From assembly GCA_038046605.1 (NCBI GenBank), contig JBBSVW010000038.1, positions 1-18,285 of the forward strand: a stretch of 18,285 nucleotides of DNA, in the 5' to 3' direction. A program made the position numbers and the translations under genes. This stretch comes from Candidatus Micrarchaeota archaeon (GTDB lineage: Archaea; Micrarchaeota; Micrarchaeia; Norongarragalinales; SBBD01). This document shows positions 1 through 5,965 of this stretch, piece by piece (the stretch's first letter is position 1; every line of letters starts with the position of its first letter). The notes beneath the pieces are model-generated. The model was not told where the DNA came from and made no database searches. It was given only the letters and a program-made list of their open reading frames with translations.

Positions 1-1
1 C

Positions 2-628
2 GGGAGGGGAATCCTTGCATCATTGATCCCAATGCTCTTCCATGTGGATGTAAGGCCGGTACAGGCGACACTTGACTACAGGTTCCCCCATCATGTGGTG
101 GCCTTCAATGATGCTGGCGAGCGCCCATCAATGAGGAACATTTGCGTGCGAAAGTTCGAATCAGATGACGAGTGCGCAAACCAGCTAGCAGTCGAGCCGC
201 TTTGTCCCAAGGATTCCTCGATTGCCTGTGTGTACCTGATCAAGGGTCGCCGCTTCTCAACTGTTGAGGGATATACATTGCTAACAGGAATGAACAAGGG
301 GGCCCCTACTGATAAATTGTTAAGATCGTTATTTGCCTCCAATGAGGCTCCTTTGAAGGAATCTGAGGCTGATCCATCTAAACTAATTGTTGAGTATAGG
401 GCAAGTTTCGAGGGGCTGCCCTCCGGTGTTCCTGAGGAAACAGTTGCTCCATTGGGAGATAGGGCTGCTGCGGAGGCTTTGTACAAGCAGCTCTGGGATG
501 CGTGCAGTGTCCATCTGACCTGTCCTGGCACTGTTGATGAGGCATTCCTCAAGCAGATGAAGGAAAAGATCACAACGGATCCGAAGGGCGCCCTTGCGGA
601 CATGATCCAGAAATCGAAGTACAATTAG
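2..628 (+). CDS. Hypothetical protein, probably 5'-partial
   Basis: The frame of ORF 23..628 is open back to position 2, so the true start may lie outside the window. It ends at TAG 626-628, convergent with the next gene (6-nt gap). No recognisable motif. Confidence 0.7.
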   Translation, partial: GRGILASLIPMLFHVDVRPVQATLDYRFPHHVVAFNDAGERPSMRNICVRKFESDDECANQLAVEPLCPKDSSIACVYLIKGRRFSTVEGYTLLTGMNKGAPTDKLLRSLFASNEAPLKESEADPSKLIVEYRASFEGLPSGVPEETVAPLGDRAAAEALYKQLWDACSVHLTCPGTVDEAFLKQMKEKITTDPKGALADMIQKSKYN

Positions 629-634
629 ATAATA

Positions 635-1936
635 TTAGCCTAATTTTATTTTCTTGAATAACGCCTGGAATCCCTTTACCTGCGTAGGGGTTAGTTTTCC
701 GTTCCCTTTGTGGATTATGCCAACCCACTCCTCTTGCTTCTCGTTCAATCCTTTGGGGTACCAGCTCCAGAGATATTGACGAATATCCTGCTTAGTTAGG
801 TATATTGGTTTTGAATTCAATCCCCTTCCTTTGGAAAATATTTCTATGAATCCATTCCCTGCTGCCATGCTAGGCGAATTTGCCCGGTTCTCAACATTTA
901 CAAAAATGTTGCTTGGCCTTGAGCTTCCTCGCCCACCTGTACCTGCGTTCGATCCCCCACCTTTTCTCTTGGGGGAAGTTGGAACCCTAATTACTCTTGT
1001 TTGTCCGGGTACTTTTATGACCCTGGTATCGCCCGGCACTCGTATTACCTTATTGGTTCCCGGCAGCCTAACAAGCCTTGTTTCACCTGGCACACGCACT
1101 ATTCTAGAGGGGTTTGTAATTGAGCCGCCGTGCGATTCATTTGTTGGCGAAATTGTAGGGTTGACTTCAATGTGCGGCTGGAAAACAATTGGAGGCATTC
1201 CTTGCCCTCCTGCTCCTCCGCCTCCTTCCCTTTGCCCACCTCCGCCTTCAGGCGGAGGAGTTGGGGTATGCCCATGCCCACCTTCCCCAAGTCCATGGCC
1301 CCTTGCCGTGTAGATATTGCGGACAAGCTGCAAAATCCTTGCGTGGGGGTCGCTTCCCTGGTAGAAATGATTCCATGCCTCGGCTACACGCGGCGGCTGC
1401 CTGTCAATTCGCTCTTCAGTGCGGCGCCAAAAGCCCCACCACCTTGTAAGTAGCGGGCCAGACCTAACAATTGGATTTGTGATTTCGCGATTATGCAGGT
1501 TCCTTGCAAAAACCTCGCGGAATGTATTGTTATTTTGCTGGAGGCCATGCAGCCTTTCCCGCAATTCCCCATACATTTGCCTTATGTGCTCGTTATGGCC
1601 CTCTCCTTCGAATTCTCCTTCCCGAACATGGAAATGATTTATGTTTCCTTCAAAAATAGCCTGCAAATCGCTTTGCATTGGTTCGCGCAAAGTGCTATGG
1701 GTTTCAAAATACGGGACGCGTGAGAATAGATGCGCATTCCTTTCCCCAAAATAAGTAGGGTTCTGTGCCATCTGGTGCAGATCCTCCCGGACGACATTTT
1801 CGCGCCTTCGCAATGTGCCCCAAAGCCTCCGGAATCTATCCCTCCAAGTCATTCGTGGTATCAGGGTATGCTCATCAGTATGCCCAAGAGCGGTGCCTTT
1901 TAGGGGTTCTCGCCTAAGATTGTATTCTGCGGGCAT
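635..1936 (-). CDS. Hypothetical 433-aa protein with Arg/His-rich N-terminal region, Gly/Pro linker, 9-aa (I/V)RVPG repeats and basic C-terminal domain
   Basis: Long ORF with ATG start and a canonical BRE/TATA about 30 nt upstream. No TM helix, no Cys. Confidence 0.8.
   Translation of the reverse strand: MPAEYNLRREPLKGTALGHTDEHTLIPRMTWRDRFRRLWGTLRRRENVVREDLHQMAQNPTYFGERNAHLFSRVPYFETHSTLREPMQSDLQAIFEGNINHFHVREGEFEGEGHNEHIRQMYGELRERLHGLQQNNNTFREVFARNLHNREITNPIVRSGPLLTRWWGFWRRTEERIDRQPPRVAEAWNHFYQGSDPHARILQLVRNIYTARGHGLGEGGHGHTPTPPPEGGGGQREGGGGAGGQGMPPIVFQPHIEVNPTISPTNESHGGSITNPSRIVRVPGETRLVRLPGTNKVIRVPGDTRVIKVPGQTRVIRVPTSPKRKGGGSNAGTGGRGSSRPSNIFVNVENRANSPSMAAGNGFIEIFSKGRGLNSKPIYLTKQDIRQYLWSWYPKGLNEKQEEWVGIIHKGNGKLTPTQVKGFQALFKKIKLG
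980..1105 (-). repeat. About 5 tandem 27-nt (9-aa) coding repeats RIVRVPGET/RLVRLPGTN/KVIRVPGDT/RVIKVPGQT/RVIRVP
   Basis: Read directly from the translation. Conserved at protein level, diverged at DNA level. Confidence 0.85.
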
Positions 1937-1965
1937 ATTGCGTCATAACTCTAAGGGCTAAATTC

Positions 1966-1981
1966 GTTTAAAACGCTTTTG
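1966..1981 (-). promoter_or_regulatory. Archaeal BRE+TATA promoter for 635..1936
   Basis: Minus strand CAAAAGCG-TTTTAAAC, ending 30 nt before the ATG at 1936. Confidence 0.6.
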
Positions 1982-2052
1982 TTTCTTATTTTAACAAGGA
2001 ATGAGTGGGAATGGGGATATAACTCAAATGTTTGCTTGGGAGTGATTGGGCT

Positions 2053-2346
2053 ATGGCGAAAGCGGTTCAAGCAAGGGTTTTGGCAATCATCCATGGGGAT
2101 GTGCAGGGAGTAGGCTTCCGGTTCACGGTTTTCAACCTGGCGCAGAAATTCAAAGTCAATGGTTTTGTCAGGAATTTGAGGGATGGGACGGTTGAGGTCC
2201 AGGCGGAAGGGGAAAAAGAGCAATTAGAAAAATTCATTTCCGCAATCAAAATCAAGGATGGCTGGATCAATGTCGAAAAAATCGATTTGGAATGGGGAAA
2301 AGCGAAAAACGAATTTCGGGATTTTTCTATTTTGAGGCGTGAATAA
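2053..2346 (+). CDS. acyP: Acylphosphatase
   Basis: Signature motifs HGDVQGVGFR and GFVRNLRDGTVEVQAEG; 97 aa. ATG 2053 is preceded by SD-like GGAGTGA. Confidence 0.95.
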   Translation: MAKAVQARVLAIIHGDVQGVGFRFTVFNLAQKFKVNGFVRNLRDGTVEVQAEGEKEQLEKFISAIKIKDGWINVEKIDLEWGKAKNEFRDFSILRRE

Positions 2347-2388
2347 AAAAACTGCAGGTGATTGTAAATCGCCAATTGCATGGCTCCT

Positions 2389-2484
2389 ATATAGCGAATA
2401 AGGCAATTATTGGAACATTTTGTTGCCTTATTCTCATATAGCGGTTTTATTTCGTAGTTCCAATATTTTACTTAACCGCTATAT
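2389..2484. repeat. Structured inverted-repeat element (MITE-like or structured RNA)
   Basis: 28-bp inverted repeats 2389-2416/2457-2484 (23/28 match). Internal perfect 11-bp stems 2396-2406/2423-2433 and 2436-2446/2474-2484. Ends read TA-TAGCG...CGCTA-TA. Confidence 0.65.
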
Positions 2485-2817
2485 TCCCGAAAGCATATGG
2501 CTTGCTGTTGCCTTTAGTTCAGGGAGCTTGTTTTGCACAATATCCCAGATAATCTTCACATCAATCCCGAAATATTCGTGGATTAGGATGTCCCTCAAAC
2601 CGGCGATCTTTTTCCATTCTATTTCCGGGTTTTTATCAGTTAGGGATTTTGGCAATTTCTTGACAGCTTCCCCGATTATTTCAAGGTTTCGGATCGTCGC
2701 ATCGGCAAGTTGGGTGTTTTTTGAAAATTTTTCAAACGTCGATCCAGCCGTGTACTTTTCTATTTTCTCTATTGATGATAGGATGTCTTCCAAATATAGC
2801 TTTTCAGATTTTTGCAT
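2479..2817 (-). CDS. hepT: HepT-like HEPN (DUF86) ribonuclease toxin
   Basis: YLEDIL N-terminus, LEIIGEA motif, and the RX4HXY motif (RDILIHEY). Overlaps the upstream MNT gene by 14 nt. Confidence 0.93.
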   Translation of the reverse strand: MQKSEKLYLEDILSSIEKIEKYTAGSTFEKFSKNTQLADATIRNLEIIGEAVKKLPKSLTDKNPEIEWKKIAGLRDILIHEYFGIDVKIIWDIVQNKLPELKATASHMLSGI

Positions 2818-3100
2818 AAGTGGCTTCCCCTTTTAGGTGCTGCAAAGCGGGTTTTAGGCTGTCTTGGGTGACAAGGTCGACCTTCTTCCCAAATTCCTTC
2901 TGGAGAAGCTCCTTTAGGTCCATGTAGCTGTCGAAAGTGGGGTTGTTGAATACTACTAGGAAATCAAGATCGCTATTGGCAGTTGGCTTGCCTTTTGCAT
3001 AAGAGCCAAATAACCCGAGCCTTCGAACGCCTAGGCGCCTCATTTGCACTTTCATCCGCCCGATACTATCAAGAATAGTTGAAACTGTAAGCCTTGCCAT
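2804..3100 (-). CDS. mntA: Minimal nucleotidyltransferase (MntA-type antitoxin)
   Basis: GSX10DXD motif (FGSYAKGKPTANSDLD) and KKVDLVT; 98 aa; coupled to the HEPN gene. Confidence 0.93.
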   Translation of the reverse strand: MARLTVSTILDSIGRMKVQMRRLGVRRLGLFGSYAKGKPTANSDLDFLVVFNNPTFDSYMDLKELLQKEFGKKVDLVTQDSLKPALQHLKGEATYAKI

Positions 3101-3129
3101 GCTTCCACAAATACATTTTAGGGGGCGAC

Positions 3130-3146
3130 TTATATATAGCTTCCGC
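3130..3146 (-). promoter_or_regulatory. TATA box/BRE for the mntA-hepT operon
   Basis: Minus strand GCGGAAG-CTATATATAA about 30 nt upstream of ATG 3100. Confidence 0.6.
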
Positions 3147-3190
3147 GCATTAAGGGGGTTTTCAATAATTAGGGGCTTTTAGCTAGCCAT

Positions 3191-3310
3191 TCAAACCTTT
3201 GCAAGTGCGTCAAGAACTTCCTTGTTTTCCTCTATGAGCTTCGCTACCCTTTTCTTGAATTCTTCGGTAACTTCCCCATCGTCATTTTCCTTGCGCTTAT
3301 TTTTTTCCAT
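3191..3310 (-). CDS. 39-aa putative Doc antitoxin peptide MEKNKRKENDDGEVTEEFKKRVAKLIEENKEVLDALAKV (not in ORF track)
   Basis: ATG 3310 to TGA 3193-3191, 16 nt after the doc stop, with SD GAGGT. The C-terminal helix resembles the neutralising tail of Doc antitoxins. Confidence 0.75.
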   Translation of the reverse strand: MEKNKRKENDDGEVTEEFKKRVAKLIEENKEVLDALAKV

Positions 3311-3326
3311 ACATATTTACCTCTTC

Positions 3327-3725
3327 TTAGAGGTTAATTACCCTTTCTATAATGAATTTCCTTATGCCCTTTGGGCCTACCTTCTCTGATGCAACATCCA
3401 TCATGAACCCGGTGGCGATCTCAGGCGCTACCGCCCTAATGCTAAACCCATTGTCCTTTAGAAAATCCATTCCGCAAAGGTACGCCGTCCTCTTGTTGCC
3501 ATCGATGAACGGATGTGTTTTTGCGATCGTGCTCATCAGCAACGCGCTCTTATCAATGATGCTTTCCCTGGTCCGATTTTCGAACTTAATTTTTATCATT
3601 TCAATAATATATTCCAAATTCGCTTCGCTAAGCAATGAATGCACATCGCCATATTTGCTCGTAACCTGCCTATTAAGTTCGATAATCTCTTTCCTGGTCG
3701 GATATTTTATCATTTTGGGCGCCAA
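3327..3725 (-). CDS. doc: Fic/Doc family toxin (death-on-curing type)
   Basis: HPFIDGNKRTA has Lys in place of the Gly of the canonical Fic motif, as in Doc-type kinases. TTG start 6 nt after GGAGG; ATG 3713 is an alternative start. Confidence 0.92.
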   Translation of the reverse strand: MAPKMIKYPTRKEIIELNRQVTSKYGDVHSLLSEANLEYIIEMIKIKFENRTRESIIDKSALLMSTIAKTHPFIDGNKRTAYLCGMDFLKDNGFSIRAVAPEIATGFMMDVASEKVGPKGIRKFIIERVINL

Positions 3726-3928
3726 TTGCCGCCTCCATTACACAAATGCCCCCTAGTCCATTTTATTTGTTTGGTATATTTCCGATCAACTATTTGTTTA
3801 TAGTTGGTAGAGTGTTGGCCTGTTCGAATCGCTATCCCTTGCATCCAAAACCCACTATCTGATCCGTGATGCGCTGGAAACTCAATCATTAAAAAGGGCT
3901 GAATAGTTGTATTTAAAGTGCCAAAAAC

Positions 3929-4564
3929 ATGCCAAGCAAGAAGCCAAACCAGCCCCATTTCAACTTGTTCCTGATCGTTGTCATAATCGCACTTTTTGGG
4001 GTTGGCATCTACATCCTTATTTCCGCGCAAAAAGGCCCAACTGCAATCATCCCAACAAAACTTTTGAACAAGGATCCAGTTGTTGAGAAAAAGGAATATC
4101 TCCAAGCACTGAATGCCAAATATGAGCCTGACACGTTGGAATATGTAGATTCCCCATACGGTTACAAATTGCGCTATCCTATTGGCTATGATGCCGTAAT
4201 CGAGCCATTCCCCGGAATACACCAAAGGTTCGCCGCATTTTACCCTCCCGTTTCAATGGAACTAATTGATATCCGCATTTTCAAGCCAACCGAGCTGTCA
4301 TCTTCCACAATAGAGGCTGCTGCAAAGGAATTCAAAACTATACCGGCAAAGGAAAAAATCGGCGGGAAGGATGCGTTCATCATCAATGCCAAGGTGCCAT
4401 CCATTACGGATGAATTGGAGGATGTCTACATAAAGCAGGCATTTTACGAATGTTCCAATTCGAGCAATTTCAGGTATTGGCTTTCGTTCACCGCCGGAAT
4501 TTCGGAAGCGCTTGCGGGAGATTTGGAGCTTGCGGATTACATGATACATTCTGTGGAATGCTGA
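3929..4564 (+). CDS. Membrane-anchored extracellular protein, possibly PsbP/Mog1-like fold
   Basis: N-terminal TM helix (LFLIVVIIALFGVGIYILI). YVDSPYGYKLRYPIGY and IGGKDAF resemble PsbP-like proteins; the fold call is tentative. Confidence 0.75.
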   Translation: MPSKKPNQPHFNLFLIVVIIALFGVGIYILISAQKGPTAIIPTKLLNKDPVVEKKEYLQALNAKYEPDTLEYVDSPYGYKLRYPIGYDAVIEPFPGIHQRFAAFYPPVSMELIDIRIFKPTELSSSTIEAAAKEFKTIPAKEKIGGKDAFIINAKVPSITDELEDVYIKQAFYECSNSSNFRYWLSFTAGISEALAGDLELADYMIHSVEC

Positions 4565-4753
4565 TTTTCCGGAATGCTTTATTGATTGCTGGATCCTTTA
4601 AGAATAATGTTTGCCATTCATTGATAATTTATTGCATCACGTGCGGCAACGGGTTTTTCTCTTGCAGCCCCACCCCTCCCACTTTAGCTTGAATATTTCA
4701 ACACCCCCTCGAGCTATTGCCTTAGATAAGTTAATAAACTTATTTGCCTTATT

Positions 4754-4793
4754 TATACTAAATATGTATACTAAACTTGTATGCTAAGATATG
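4754..4793 (+). promoter_or_regulatory. Three tandem 13-bp repeats overlapping a TATA-like box (candidate operator of the RHH-PIN operon)
   Basis: TATACTAAATATG / TATACTAAACTTG / TATGCTAAGATATG, immediately upstream of ATG 4804. Confidence 0.6.
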
Positions 4794-4803
4794 GCGATCA
4801 AAC

Positions 4804-5034
4804 ATGGTAAACATGACCTTGGCTATTCCGGATGATCTGGATAAATTAATAAGGAGGCACTCCGAGATCAAATGGACTGAAGTAGCAAGGAGGGCGATTA
4901 AGGAAAAAGCCACGGAACTTGAATTACTTGAAACGCTAGCTGAAAAGAGCAAATTAACCGAGAAGGACGTGGATGAGCTGAGCAAGGTTATTAAGCATAA
5001 TCTTGCAAAGAAGGTGCTCAGGGAAGCGAAATGA
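4804..5034 (+). CDS. Ribbon-helix-helix antitoxin (VapB-like)
   Basis: MVNMTLAIPDDL...IKWTEVARRAI fits the RHH pattern. ATGA overlap with the PIN gene. Confidence 0.88.
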   Translation: MVNMTLAIPDDLDKLIRRHSEIKWTEVARRAIKEKATELELLETLAEKSKLTEKDVDELSKVIKHNLAKKVLREAK

Positions 5035-5456
5035 GGATTGTGGTGGATGCGAACGTTTTCATCTCAGCCTTGCTCAAGGACTCAATTACTAGGCGAATAC
5101 TGAAACTTCCGGCATTTCAGTTCTATATCCCGGACCACTTGCTTGGTGAACTTGATGAGCACATTGAGGAGATTTCCCATAGGAGCGGCTTGAACTTTGA
5201 GGAAATCAGGGCTCTGATAGGCGGAATTAGCAGGGAAATGATCATCGTGCAGACTGCCGATTATAAGCACAGGCTCGAGGATGCGAAGAAGTTGATTGCG
5301 GATATGGATGATGTGCCGTTCATGGCGCTTGCACTGGCGCTTGGGAAGGATGTTGCAATCTGGAGTGCTGACAAGGATTTTACGAAGCAGAAAGTGGTGA
5401 AAATAGTTTCGACTGGAGATTTGATAAGATGGCTTAAAGAAAGGTCCTTCTTTTAG
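5031..5456 (+). CDS. vapC: PIN-domain (VapC-like) ribonuclease toxin
   Basis: IVVDANVFISAL, a conserved Glu, DMDDVPFMALA and WSADKDF give the acidic catalytic set. Confidence 0.92.
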   Translation: MRIVVDANVFISALLKDSITRRILKLPAFQFYIPDHLLGELDEHIEEISHRSGLNFEEIRALIGGISREMIIVQTADYKHRLEDAKKLIADMDDVPFMALALALGKDVAIWSADKDFTKQKVVKIVSTGDLIRWLKERSFF

Positions 5457-5559
5457 TGCATCACGTGTTGCATGGATAGGCTTAAATCCGGCCTTTGAGT
5501 AATGAGTTTACACCCTTCGCAGGCGCCTTATCGCTAATGAATGGGTGCTAGGTGGTTTC

Positions 5560-5763
5560 ATGAAAGGAAAAGATGGTGGAATGAACTGCGGCAACCATTG
5601 GTATCTGGACCTGGTAATGTTTATCCTAGGCCTTGGATATTTGCTTGGAGTTGATGGTTATGGGATAATCCGCGGTTTCACAATGTCAGATTACGTCCCG
5701 GTGTATGGCGCACTCTTCTTGTTCTTTGCCGCCAAGATGTATGTAATGCACCACTCCGATTGA
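5560..5763 (+). CDS. Small two-TM membrane protein (67 aa)
   Basis: ATG 5560 follows SD AGGTGG. Two hydrophobic segments, Cys/His at the termini, poly-T after the stop. Confidence 0.75.
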   Translation: MKGKDGGMNCGNHWYLDLVMFILGLGYLLGVDGYGIIRGFTMSDYVPVYGALFLFFAAKMYVMHHSD

Positions 5764-5772
5764 GTTCATTAC

Positions 5773-5787
5773 TTTTTTTTCTTTTTT
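5773..5787 (+). terminator. Archaeal oligo-T terminator
   Basis: T8-C-T6 tract 10 nt after TGA 5763. Confidence 0.65.
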
Positions 5788-5901
5788 CCCTATCTACTAT
5801 GCTAATTTTTTTCCAAAAATCCCAGATTAAATCCCATGGGCGGCTAGAATCCAAATCATTATTTTAATCCGGATGGAAAAAAGAGGTAAATAGGGGCGTA
5901 T

Positions 5902-5915
5902 GAAACCTTTTTATA
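5902..5915 (+). promoter_or_regulatory. BRE+TATA promoter for giant surface protein 1
   Basis: GAAACC-TTTTTATA, with SD AGGTGG at 5951-5956 before ATG 5966. Confidence 0.6.
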
Positions 5916-5965
5916 CATAAATAAAGGTAACTAATTCACCAAATTCGGTTAGGTGGATCACGTTT

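Noticed and set aside
91-1723. Antisense and alternate-frame ORFs (91..624, 831..1313 and others)
   Set aside because: They are shadows of the longer genes and have no motifs.
2408-2465. Integron attC site (AAC...GTT after a TA gene)
   Set aside because: It does not match RYYYAAC/GTTRRRY, the L boxes are not evident, and no intI is in the window.
2389-2484. CRISPR mini-array (GTTCCAATA.. and ..ATTGGAAC resemble archaeal repeat ends)
   Set aside because: The two copies are inverted rather than direct, there are only two, and no cas genes are present.
3783-3810. Xer/dif site (arms around a 6-nt spacer)
   Set aside because: It lacks the ATAA-N6-TTAT inner consensus.
1951-5270. ORFs 1951..2223, 2067..2381, 2420..2836, 3352..3756, 3710..4225, 4450..4692, 4758..4985 and similar
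   Set aside because: They overlap or lie antisense to genes with clear family signatures.
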